This document shows positions 40,373 through 49,459 of a DNA stretch of 64,000 nt, in pieces. Both the position numbers and the translations under genes were made by a program. The DNA is from an uncultured virus (IMG/VR IMGVR_UViG_3300043080_000080) (lineage: Duplodnaviria; Heunggongvirae; Uroviricota; Caudoviricetes). The stretch lies in the IMG/VR virus record IMGVR_UViG_3300043080_000080. One strand, given 5' to 3'. Every line of letters begins with the position of its first letter. Position 1 is the stretch's first letter. The notes below the pieces were generated by a model. The model was not told where the DNA came from. It saw nothing but the letters and a program-made list of their open reading frames with translations, and did no database searches.

Positions 40373-41848
40373 TTAATCCTTCTTATTATCCTTGGCCATC
40401 TTTGCAGCAAAATAATTGCGGAATGCTGTAACCGACTTTTCTTCTAATTTATAACCATCCCAATAGTTTGATAGGTGAATCGATGCATATATGAGCCTGC
40501 CTAGCTTACTTTTTACATTAATTTTACTATTTCTTTTAGCGGCACGTATTTCACTTATTAGCATAGATGTACCTTTTATATAAACTGCATAATCATCAAT
40601 ATCGCTTGGTTTTATATAGGAGTAAATCCATATACCTTCCAGAGCGAATTTCTTATTTTTATGAGTCTTTGAATAACTAATAGCATATTTGACAAATGAT
40701 CTAATTAATTGCGCTTGATATGTATTATAAACATCTGTGGTTCTCCATTTCGTATCTTGCTGCCATTCTTGAGGGGACTTATATCTAAATTGTTTTCCAG
40801 GGCCTTTAAAATATGATGGTATTAATTCGCCTGTATCTTTTAATTCATCATCAGATAAATACATATTGAATACCACGCGATCTAGCTCACAATGCTCAAC
40901 ATTATCTTTAGCCATACTTTTGCCCATAGTGGTTTTACCAGAACCAGAATGTCCAGTAATAAAGCATAAGTTTATCTCACCAGAATCAAATTTATCTTTG
41001 TTGTAATAAAGATCTTCTTCATTAAAAATCTTACTTTCTTGTAATACATCCATGCAAGCAGTATCAGAGATAACAGCTTCATTAATCTTATAAGTTTTAG
41101 TAACATCGCCCTCAAGAAGTTTCTTCTTAATATCCATGAAGATTTCTAATAACTGAGCAAAATTATTGTCAGTTAATCTAATATAGTTGTATTCACCCAT
41201 GCTGGTAATTAATCTTTCCTTCTCTATGGTCTTTTCTCTAGAAGCTCTCATAGATGGGGAGTCCTTTTGGTTCTTATTTTCTCCTCCATCTTTGACCTCG
41301 ATGATTAGATTATAGGGAATATAATAAAAGTCTGTAATATAGAAATGCTTTTGACCGTTATAAGTATACTCCAGTGTAGGCCCAGGGCTAAGAATATCTT
41401 TAGAAGAAATCTGCATTACTGTATCCATAAACTCTAAGCATTTCTTCTCATAAGAACCGGTGTACATTACATCTCCACCATCAGAGAATTTATATGTACC
41501 AGAGATAGATCTATGAGATAACATAAGCTTCTGTTGTTCTGGATCTTCTAAGATATTATAGGTTCCTTTAACACGAAGCATATTCTTCTTGTATTCCTCT
41601 CTCATATGCTCTTTGCATTTAGGATTACCACATAATACATCATATCTTCCAGTCTTCTCATTCCATCCTGTTGGTTTACCGCATACTCTGCATTTACCGC
41701 TATCAACTTTATTAACCTGGTTGTATACTACTCTAGCAGCACTATACCCCTGAGGAATCATCTCAGAGTGTTTCTTCTCTATATGGGAAATCAAATCAGC
41801 ACGGGTATATCTATTATCACAGTATTGGCATTTATATTTCTTAGGCAT
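40373..41848 (-). CDS. C2H2 zinc finger + TnsA/T4-gp4-like PD-(D/E)XK nuclease + P-loop kinase-like fusion
   Basis: CQYC..H..KH; CRVC..C..C; YTGSYEK..D..HFYITDF..IIEVKD; GHSGSGKT. Confidence 0.7.
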   Translation of the reverse strand: MPKKYKCQYCDNRYTRADLISHIEKKHSEMIPQGYSAARVVYNQVNKVDSGKCRVCGKPTGWNEKTGRYDVLCGNPKCKEHMREEYKKNMLRVKGTYNILEDPEQQKLMLSHRSISGTYKFSDGGDVMYTGSYEKKCLEFMDTVMQISSKDILSPGPTLEYTYNGQKHFYITDFYYIPYNLIIEVKDGGENKNQKDSPSMRASREKTIEKERLITSMGEYNYIRLTDNNFAQLLEIFMDIKKKLLEGDVTKTYKINEAVISDTACMDVLQESKIFNEEDLYYNKDKFDSGEINLCFITGHSGSGKTTMGKSMAKDNVEHCELDRVVFNMYLSDDELKDTGELIPSYFKGPGKQFRYKSPQEWQQDTKWRTTDVYNTYQAQLIRSFVKYAISYSKTHKNKKFALEGIWIYSYIKPSDIDDYAVYIKGTSMLISEIRAAKRNSKINVKSKLGRLIYASIHLSNYWDGYKLEEKSVTAFRNYFAAKMAKDNKKD

Positions 41849-41982
41849 ATCATTTACCCTCCTATAGTATAATTACTTACTTGTCCTATTTAGGCCAAAA
41901 AATAATATGGCTTATACCACTTACTTTGGGGAGGTTCAAGCCTCCCCAAAATATGTGATAAGCGATAAATCTTATTTACCTC

Positions 41983-42321
41983 CTAGCATGATAGAAATGT
42001 CATTACGGCATTCACGAAAAATGCAGATGCGTAATTGCTGTAATTATTTTCTTTGCCATAGTTGCGTATTCCTTCTACATCAGAAGATGTGCGTACTGCA
42101 TTATATGCAGTGTAGTACAATAGTTGAGTTACGCTGGCCGCCCTAACAGATACGTCAGGATCATTCCTAACATCACCTGGGAAATTCACTATGAATGTAT
42201 TGAATTGAATGAGCCGAACTATAACTGCTGTTTGCTTTGCTTTTTTGTCATAGTAGACACAATGCGTTATTCGTAATGCCCGCATCATGTCTTCCATCTG
42301 CCTGAACGTCAAGGCAGTCAT
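41983..42321 (-). CDS. hypothetical protein
   Basis: GGAGGGG RBS. Confidence 0.6.
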   Translation of the reverse strand: MTALTFRQMEDMMRALRITHCVYYDKKAKQTAVIVRLIQFNTFIVNFPGDVRNDPDVSVRAASVTQLLYYTAYNAVRTSSDVEGIRNYGKENNYSNYASAFFVNAVMTFLSC

Positions 42322-42374
42322 TCTTTAAACATCCCCCTCCATTTTAAACGTGGGGTAAGGGTAAGGATTACTCC

Positions 42375-42878
42375 TTACCCTTTGGACTGATTGCACTTAT
42401 TGATGACGTGCTCAAGCTGAAGCTCACGGATCTTGTGGCCTGCGACAGCGCACATAGCATAGCCAGCGATGCAACTAACGGCTGCAACGGTATAGCTGTA
42501 CAGCTTTTCGGAATTGATATACCGAATGCCTTTGAGAACCTTTTCTTCCTTCTCCTCTGTGGTGTTCTTGCCGAGGCATTCCTGCTTGAAATCAGACGCA
42601 GGATCATAGGAAGTGGGATCATTATCCTTCTTGGGGGCGGTCTTGGGCTCGTCGTCGATATCGCTGAACTTCACGTTGTTATCGCAATCCTTGATAGCAT
42701 CGGCCATGAAATTCTTAAGATTATCAACGCTGGTATCATCGTCGTCCAGCTTGATGGTATTGCTCTTGGCAATGATGTCGGACATGCAACCCTCAAGGGC
42801 GCTGAGGTCGGTTCTTGCAGATGCGATGTAGGTCTTCACGGTGCCGTTGATGTCAGAAATGATAGAATTGGTTTTCAT
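42375..42878 (-). CDS. hypothetical protein with C-terminal hydrophobic helix
   Basis: AGGAGG RBS; YTVAAVSCIAGYAMCAVAG. Confidence 0.7.
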   Translation of the reverse strand: MKTNSIISDINGTVKTYIASARTDLSALEGCMSDIIAKSNTIKLDDDDTSVDNLKNFMADAIKDCDNNVKFSDIDDEPKTAPKKDNDPTSYDPASDFKQECLGKNTTEEKEEKVLKGIRYINSEKLYSYTVAAVSCIAGYAMCAVAGHKIRELQLEHVINKCNQSKG

Positions 42879-42936
42879 AATTTTTTCCTCCTAAAATTTG
42901 TATTGTGGTTTTTGGTTGATGGCGGATTGGTTTACT

Positions 42937-43155
42937 TCAGAATGGTGAGCTCAGGATCGCCGTTCTTATCGGTTTCGTCTTCGACGACGATAGCCTTAAA
43001 ATCAGCGATCTTGTCATTGACATCATCGTCACCAACGATGTCAATTGCGGTCGGAGTCTTGTCCATGTACGTACGTCCAAACAGGTAGCCGCCAGCGTAG
43101 GAAAGAGCGATGCCACTGCGTATGCGTTGATGATCTTCTTTGTTGTTGCCTTCAT
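42937..43155 (-). CDS. small protein with N-terminal hydrophobic segment
   Basis: GGAGG RBS before MKATTKKIIN..; early motif 43210-43227. Confidence 0.65.
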   Translation of the reverse strand: MKATTKKIINAYAVASLFPTLAATCLDVRTWTRLRPQLTSLVTMMSMTRSLILRLSSSKTKPIRTAILSSPF

Positions 43156-43280
43156 GATATTTACCTCCAAATAAAATTAATATATTTTGTATCAATCATT
43201 ATCTTGATACACGTATATATTATGCAATCGATTTTGTAAACTTTTACCGCTAGAACTTATTAGTAATCAAATACGAATAT

Positions 43281-43367
43281 GCCGGTATGATGGAATAGGC
43301 AGACATCGCGGACTTAAAATCCGCTGGTAGTAATACCGTTCCGGTTCGAGCCCGGATACCGGCACCA
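43281..43367 (+). tRNA. trnL: tRNA-Leu (anticodon UAA) with encoded CCA
   Basis: GCCGGTA/TACCGGC acceptor stem, GCGGA-CTTAAAA-TCCGC anticodon arm, long variable arm, GGTTCGAG T-loop, 3' ACCA. Confidence 0.95.
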
Positions 43368-43397
43368 TTTTAATTTTTAAAGAGGAGGGGTTATATC

Positions 43398-43778
43398 TTG
43401 GAAGCCCATCTCTTATCATTAAATAGCTTCAATCGTCCGAAAGTATTATCGGCGAATGACGCTGCTTATACTAATCTTATTTATCTTATCATGCTAACCA
43501 AAGGAAAGTATCAAAGTCACCCAAATATGGGAGTAGGAATCAGAGAACGGTATCGTCATAGTAACGATACCAATATGCTTATTACTCTCAGGCAAGATAT
43601 TAGAGATCAAATAGAACAATATCTTCCTGAAATAACAGTCATTGACGTTTCATTCAAAATCACCAACCATGTTCTAGGTATCATTATTGATACCACCTCA
43701 GGAGCTTATGTATTAGCTTACAACTCAGATACAGAAGGAATAGAAGCAGGAGCTTCTTATGTTCTTGATGATTTGTAA
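43398..43778 (+). CDS. gp25-like baseplate wedge subunit
   Basis: KGKYQSHPNMGVGI...I..QIEQYLP matches GPW/gp25 pattern; TTG start with GGAGG. Confidence 0.7.
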   Translation: MEAHLLSLNSFNRPKVLSANDAAYTNLIYLIMLTKGKYQSHPNMGVGIRERYRHSNDTNMLITLRQDIRDQIEQYLPEITVIDVSFKITNHVLGIIIDTTSGAYVLAYNSDTEGIEAGASYVLDDL

Positions 43779-43806
43779 TAAATTACTATAGGAGGAATAA
43801 ACCACT

Positions 43807-45507
43807 ATGGCAAAAGAGATTACACTTGAGGATCTTGCGAATTCTGTTACTCCTAATACTAAAGCAGAAACTAAAGCAAGTCCTACTACAACCGAAGAAA
43901 ATGTAACACCAACCCCTAAGCATAACGATAATATCAAAGCCGGAGGTGTAGTTGATCCTCACACTCTTGGCGCTCATCTTAGAGATGTAAATCATCTCCC
44001 TGATCCTAACCATATTGAAACTGTAGATGCTCCGTTGGTTAAAAGCGCATTTGAAGCTATGGACAGAACTCTTGCAGAAAAGAAGAAGTTCATGGATGAG
44101 AATGTCGTTCCTGTTATTATGAAGAATGCTGAAGAAATGGCTACAGCTAGAGAACTTGGCCAAGATGTATTTAATGAGAAGATGCCTGACAGAGAGGAAG
44201 ATTCTGATGAGAATATTCCTGAGACTGTAAACTATCCTGTTAATAATGATTATGACCCTATTGATGAGGAAGATGAAGAAGTGGAACAAGCCCCAGTAAT
44301 TAACTACCAGCCAGTAGAAGAAAAGACAGATAGAACTACAGCAACTGTTAATGAGCCTACAACAACTACTGTTACTAAGATGGAACCTGTAGAGGTTGAA
44401 GAGGATGATCTTGATGCTCTCATGAAGGACCTTGATTCTGCCGATAAAGAGCTTAGTTCTACATCAGATGATGAAGAAGAGAGCTTTGAGGAAGTACGTG
44501 AGCGTTTCAAGGAGAGCCTTGATACTGTTAAGGTTGCTCGCGATCCTATCGACTTCTCCAAATTCAAAATTAGTAAGAATGTAATTTCTAGTGCCGCTAT
44601 TCTTGCTGGTGCTGGAACTCCTGTAACTGTAAAGACAGCAGACTGGGCTCTCTATCATACTGGAAGAAGCATGACTTTCTCTGAGTGTAGAGGCCCTGAA
44701 CTGGATGCTCTGTATAAGAATATTCGCAATGCTAATGGAGTTAATAGCGTTATTCTTCCTTTGAGATTTATCCATGAACATGTTGTGGATGCTAATAAGC
44801 CTTCCTTTGAGGCATGGTGCAAGCTTATCCGTACTGAGGATCTTGAGTCTCTATATTTTGGTATGTATAAAGCTTGCTATGGAGATGCTAACTTGCTGGC
44901 TAGAGCTTGCAGTGGTAAGGATGGTTGCAAGAAGAGCTCTCTGATTGATACTGATATCAATAAGATGGTTAAGTTTGCAGATGACGAAACAGAGAAGAAG
45001 TTTAAGGCTATTCTCAATAGAGATACCACCACTGAGAGCACCAGTGTTACTTCTACTATGCTTCAGATTTCTGATGACTTTGCTATCTCTTATAGCGTTC
45101 CCACACTGTATAGCACGTTTGTACAGTATGCTACTCTTAAAGAAGAGATTACAAATAAGTATTCAGATACTCTTAATACAATGGCATATATTGATGGTTT
45201 CTTCAAGATCAACCATGAAACCATGAGCCTTGATCCTATCGCAATTAAAGAATATCCTAATAATCTTAACAAGACTGTCATTTCTCGTCTTAAGGTTTAT
45301 AATAGTATCCTTAAGACATTGAGCAGTGACCAGTATAACATCCTGATGGCAAAGCTTAGCAACATTTCTGATGATACTAAGATTACTTATGTATATCCTG
45401 AGGCTGTTTGTCCTGAATGTGGGGCCACTATCCCTGAAGAAGAGATTGACTCCATGATTGGCCTCCTTTTTACCAGAGCTCGGTTGGTCCAAATCAAGAG
45501 TTTATAA
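43807..45507 (+). CDS. baseplate hub/tail assembly chaperone (T4 gp26/gp51-like) with acidic N-terminus
   Basis: Internal C..C and C-terminal CPECG...LLF; adjacent to gp25-like gene. Confidence 0.55.
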   Translation: MAKEITLEDLANSVTPNTKAETKASPTTTEENVTPTPKHNDNIKAGGVVDPHTLGAHLRDVNHLPDPNHIETVDAPLVKSAFEAMDRTLAEKKKFMDENVVPVIMKNAEEMATARELGQDVFNEKMPDREEDSDENIPETVNYPVNNDYDPIDEEDEEVEQAPVINYQPVEEKTDRTTATVNEPTTTTVTKMEPVEVEEDDLDALMKDLDSADKELSSTSDDEEESFEEVRERFKESLDTVKVARDPIDFSKFKISKNVISSAAILAGAGTPVTVKTADWALYHTGRSMTFSECRGPELDALYKNIRNANGVNSVILPLRFIHEHVVDANKPSFEAWCKLIRTEDLESLYFGMYKACYGDANLLARACSGKDGCKKSSLIDTDINKMVKFADDETEKKFKAILNRDTTTESTSVTSTMLQISDDFAISYSVPTLYSTFVQYATLKEEITNKYSDTLNTMAYIDGFFKINHETMSLDPIAIKEYPNNLNKTVISRLKVYNSILKTLSSDQYNILMAKLSNISDDTKITYVYPEAVCPECGATIPEEEIDSMIGLLFTRARLVQIKSL

Positions 45508-45692
45508 ATAAATTAGAGACAATCTCAAGCTATTACAGAAGAACCATATCTCTGTTTGAGCTTAGACAAATGCCTTTAAGTGATATAAATACTCTCTATA
45601 AGATCGCCGAGGAACGGGAAAAATCTAAGCAATCTAAAGAGCAACATGATGCTGAAGTATTAGAAGATGAAATGGAGGAAGCAGTAACCTAA
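45450..45692 (+). CDS. -1 frame ORF, probable frameshift extension of the chaperone (absent from ORF track)
   Basis: -1 frame open 45450-45692: ..FINKLETISSYYRRTISLFELRQMPLSDINTLYKIAEE..; no RBS; stop overlaps next ATG (TAATG). Confidence 0.55.
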   Translation, partial: LHDWPPFYQSSVGPNQEFINKLETISSYYRRTISLFELRQMPLSDINTLYKIAEEREKSKQSKEQHDAEVLEDEMEEAVT

Positions 45693-45997
45693 TGGATAAT
45701 TTAGAGTTTGCTAAAAGTATATCTGCTGAAAAACTCGCCGAAATCTTCAAAGACTTCTTTGAACAGCATATGGCCGTATATGAAATGCTTAAGGGTGTTG
45801 AGTTTATTGCTTTAAACAGTGTAGATATAGATACTGCTTCTATCATCTATTCGGTTAAGGTCTTAGATAATAATTCTAAAGATGAATTAGCACGTAAACT
45901 TGAAAGCACAAGTGGGTTATTGAGCATATATGGCCATACGTATAAACCATCAATCTTTATGAATGGTGATTTATTATGCATCACGATTAACAAATAA
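45692..45997 (+). CDS. hypothetical protein
   Basis: GGAGG RBS, followed by hairpin 46003-46026. Confidence 0.7.
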   Translation: MDNLEFAKSISAEKLAEIFKDFFEQHMAVYEMLKGVEFIALNSVDIDTASIIYSVKVLDNNSKDELARKLESTSGLLSIYGHTYKPSIFMNGDLLCITINK

Positions 45998-46081
45998 ATA
46001 TCGCCAGGGGATTAAATTCCCCTGGCATATCATTCGCTTAATTTGACATAGAATTAATAATTTGAAGGGAGGATACATTGT

Positions 46082-47725
46082 ATGGCCGATAGGCATTTTA
46101 ATATAGAACAGCTTAACCAAGAGCGTTTAGTTAAAGAGAATGAACTAAAACAAGTAACAAATCCTATTATGTTTAACTCTAACTCTGGAGCTACATCAGA
46201 TGGATTACTTAGTAATGAGATATTCGGTATTACTAAAGATGAGAGATCAGGTATATTTGCTTACTTAGATCTAGAGGAGTATTTTATCCAGCCGTACTAC
46301 TATAAGATATGGCTTAGGATAGATAAGAATCTCAGAGGATGTGTTTATGAGACACAAAACTTCACCATCAGTAAAGATGGCTATTTAGTTCCAGATGACT
46401 CTGGTGAGACTGGTATTAAATTCTTACGCAAGAATATAGATAAGATTAAATTTAAGCAGACTAAGAAAGATAACTTTCTTAAAGCACTAATGGATGGAAA
46501 AAAGAATAACAATCTATTTACTAAGAAATTTGTTATTATTCCTCCATACTATAGAGACGTAAATAATAATGGCGGTAAAGTAGGCGTTGGTGAGGTAAAC
46601 AAACTCTATATCGCTATAATCAATAATGTAAAAGCATTGGCTTCATCTAATGACTATGGATTAGATATGGCTGGCGGCATTAGAGGAAAGATTCAAGATA
46701 ATCTATTGGAGGTTTATAACTGGTTTACTGTCGGTAAAACTACTAATGGAGAAGAGCATACTGGGTCTGGTATCTTTAAGAAGATGGGCGCTCAGCGTAG
46801 AAGTGTAATGGCTAAGACTACAGACTACGCTGCTAGATTAGTCCTATCAGCTCCAAATATAAACGTAGATAGACAGTCTGATCTTATGGTAGATATGAAC
46901 TACTCATCTATTCCTCTATCAGCAACATGCGTTATTGCCTATCCATTTATGATCTATCAGCTTAGACAGTTGTTCAATAATGAATTTGGTGGTAAAGTAT
47001 CTTATTCATATATTGAAGATGCTGAACTAAAGACCGTTACTCTTAATGAACCTATGCTTGAGTTCTCTGATGATAGGTTTGATAAAGAGCTTAATGAATA
47101 TATACATGGATATGCTAACAGATTTAAAGCAATAGAAGTTCCCAATAAAGAGGGTAAGACAGTCCATATGACTTTCAAGGGCTATTCTATTACAGAAGAA
47201 GAATATGCTGCCGGAAAAAGAGAATCAGAGATGTTTATTGAGAGAGATATGACATGGATGGATATTTTCTATATCTGCGCATGTGCTGCAACTCAGGATA
47301 AAATGGTAATGATTACTCGTTATCCTGTAGATTCTTATTTTAACCAGCTATATACGGGAATCCATGTAGCTTCCACTATAGAGACAGAACCTATGGTTAT
47401 CAATGGAGTATTCTATAAGTGGTATCCTAAAATACGCCAAACAGATATCGGTAAAGATACTTCTAATAAATTTATTGATACTTGTTCTATTGCTAATCCA
47501 TACTGCGGAATGATGAATGCGGATTATGATGGAGACACCGTTACAGTAAAAATGGCTTACTCAGTCGAGGCAAATACTGAGTTGAAGAACTATATAAATT
47601 CCAAATCGCAATTTATAAATCTTTCCGGTACAAATGGGCGTACTGCTGGAAATGAGGCTATTCAAGCTATGTATAACCTCACATTAGTACTCCCTGGAAC
47701 TAAACTAGATCCTGTAGAAATGTAA
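46082..47725 (+). CDS. rpoC: phage multisubunit RNA polymerase beta-prime N/middle subunit with catalytic motif
   Basis: DGLLSNEIFG, IIPPYYRD, RRSVMAKTTDYAARLVL, TRYP, NADYDGD. Confidence 0.92.
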   Translation: MADRHFNIEQLNQERLVKENELKQVTNPIMFNSNSGATSDGLLSNEIFGITKDERSGIFAYLDLEEYFIQPYYYKIWLRIDKNLRGCVYETQNFTISKDGYLVPDDSGETGIKFLRKNIDKIKFKQTKKDNFLKALMDGKKNNNLFTKKFVIIPPYYRDVNNNGGKVGVGEVNKLYIAIINNVKALASSNDYGLDMAGGIRGKIQDNLLEVYNWFTVGKTTNGEEHTGSGIFKKMGAQRRSVMAKTTDYAARLVLSAPNINVDRQSDLMVDMNYSSIPLSATCVIAYPFMIYQLRQLFNNEFGGKVSYSYIEDAELKTVTLNEPMLEFSDDRFDKELNEYIHGYANRFKAIEVPNKEGKTVHMTFKGYSITEEEYAAGKRESEMFIERDMTWMDIFYICACAATQDKMVMITRYPVDSYFNQLYTGIHVASTIETEPMVINGVFYKWYPKIRQTDIGKDTSNKFIDTCSIANPYCGMMNADYDGDTVTVKMAYSVEANTELKNYINSKSQFINLSGTNGRTAGNEAIQAMYNLTLVLPGTKLDPVEM

Positions 47726-47752
47726 CAAAAAAATAATATATAAGACGCAAGC

Positions 47753-47781
47753 CTACCCAGACGGAATCTCCGTCTGGGTAG
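47753..47781. terminator. Bidirectional hairpin
   Basis: CTACCCAGACGGA-ATC-TCCGTCTGGGTAG. Confidence 0.75.
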
Positions 47782-48017
47782 TTCTGCAGTTTTAGTGCAT
47801 GATTTGTTTTAGACATCCTTGTTCTTTTTGCCATTGGCCACTTAGTATAATATACACTACAGAATTAGATAAGGAAGTTAATCATGCGACACACCAATGA
47901 ACATCTCATCCATGGTCGCCAACCTCCTTTCGAGCTTGTGCACATATGAGGAATAATCTAATTAATATAACTTAACTCATATGCACTATTATAATATGCA
48001 ATTATACTAAATTGGAA

Positions 48018-48506
48018 TTACACTGATACGTTCTCAAGATCTACAGTTGCTACAGTCTCATCTATTGTTTCTGCGGTGACTGTCTCGCCAGGAGCATCAG
48101 TAACAGTAGGCTCTTCTTCAGTCTTAGTGGCATCTTCAGGCTCAGAAGTAGTCTGCTCTGTAGTATTGTTATTCTTATAACTGTTCTTAAACTTATTATG
48201 ACGATTCTTCTTATCATGTCTATCATAATAGTTATTAAACTTCTTTTCCTCAGGAGCCTTAGATGTTTCTACAGGTTTATCCTCTGCTTTATGTTCCTCA
48301 GGCTTAGCGTAGTTATCAGTATTATAATTCATAAGGGTAAGAGTAATAGTCTTACCGTTAGGAAGAATTTCCTCCACTGCAGCTCTAGCCATAATGCAAG
48401 CGCGAATCTCTGTATCGGATTTAGTTACTTTACGAACAGTAGTTCTAATAGGGGGATTAACTGCAGTAACAGGATATACAGGATAGATATTAACTAACTT
48501 ATTCAT
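48018..48506 (-). CDS. hypothetical protein, low-complexity C-terminus
   Basis: GGAGG RBS. Confidence 0.7.
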   Translation of the reverse strand: MNKLVNIYPVYPVTAVNPPIRTTVRKVTKSDTEIRACIMARAAVEEILPNGKTITLTLMNYNTDNYAKPEEHKAEDKPVETSKAPEEKKFNNYYDRHDKKNRHNKFKNSYKNNNTTEQTTSEPEDATKTEEEPTVTDAPGETVTAETIDETVATVDLENVSV

Positions 48507-48518
48507 TGTTTACCTCCA

Positions 48519-49202
48519 TTAGTAAATAATATCGTCATCATCATCGTCGTCTTCTACATCATCAAGATATACATCCATTGCATCTGCCTCATCATTACGA
48601 GCAAGATCTACAACATCATCTAACTCTTCATCCTGATCGACGGTATCATTAACGACATCATACTCGATATAATCAACATCATCATCGTCGTCATCGTCAT
48701 CTGTCTCATACACAGTAGCATCCTCATGAGCCATAAAATGATCTCCACCAAAATACTCGCTAGGGTTCATCTTAGGAAGTGCTACATGGTGATGACCATA
48801 CTCAGGAGCCTTCATATGATGATCATGAGGATGAGGGGGCTCAGGCTCAGGTTTACAGCAAGGCTTAGGAGGCTCTGGTTCATGGTGAGGTGGTTCAGGC
48901 TCATGATGGTGAGGATGATCATCATGTACAGGATGGGGAGGCGTAGGAGTACAATGACAATCATTATGAGGAGGCTGAGGGGCAGGCTTAGGCGGAGGGC
49001 AGGGAGAAATCTTATCAATATGACGATCCATAGGAATGTCATACCCTGTATCATAATCCTCAGGATTAAGAGCTACAATATAGACATCACTAAGCTCACT
49101 AGGATCTGTTCCCTTACGAACTTCCTCTTTAGCAGCTTGCTCAATTTCTTCAATTTCATTTTCTGATAATAATTCAATAGGTGAAAATACGAGATCATCC
49201 AT
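48519..49202 (-). CDS. His/Pro/Cys-rich, Asp-rich low-complexity protein
   Basis: AAGGAGG RBS; HHEPEPP repeats; poly-D tracts. Confidence 0.7.
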   Translation of the reverse strand: MDDLVFSPIELLSENEIEEIEQAAKEEVRKGTDPSELSDVYIVALNPEDYDTGYDIPMDRHIDKISPCPPPKPAPQPPHNDCHCTPTPPHPVHDDHPHHHEPEPPHHEPEPPKPCCKPEPEPPHPHDHHMKAPEYGHHHVALPKMNPSEYFGGDHFMAHEDATVYETDDDDDDDDVDYIEYDVVNDTVDQDEELDDVVDLARNDEADAMDVYLDDVEDDDDDDDIIY

Positions 49203-49229
49203 AGTGTATTACCTCCTTGGAAATTTTAA

Positions 49230-49445
49230 TTATAATTCAAAGTCATCGAAATAAGTTCCAAAAATATCATTAGGGTCATCATCAGATACATAAAGGATAG
49301 AATCATCATCAAATATACCCTTTACTGGATCTGGAGCCATAATGTCATTTGCTGCATCCATATCTTCTATATAGATAGTAGCTCTATCTTCCTCAACCAT
49401 TTCTGTAAGAAACAGTTGTTCAATAGCGGTTCTATACACACCCAC
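49230..49445 (-). CDS. small acidic protein
   Basis: GGGAGG RBS, GTG start. Confidence 0.6.
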   Translation of the reverse strand: MGVYRTAIEQLFLTEMVEEDRATIYIEDMDAANDIMAPDPVKGIFDDDSILYVSDDDPNDIFGTYFDDFEL

Positions 49446-49459
49446 TTATAATACCTCCC

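Noticed and set aside
42408..43088. 226-aa plus-strand ORF
   Set aside because: Antisense shadow of two minus genes with clear RBSs
43281..43367. tRNA as ochre suppressor for the TAA in cassette 3
   Set aside because: Anticodon UAA reads UUA (Leu); an ochre suppressor would need anticodon UUA
46043..46060. Host sigma-A promoter from TTGACA
   Set aside because: No -10 at 16-18 bp spacing; better explained by GACA-N6-TAA
46082..47725. Group I intron or intein in RNAP (or thyA)
   Set aside because: Both ORFs are continuous with expected motif spacing and no splice signatures
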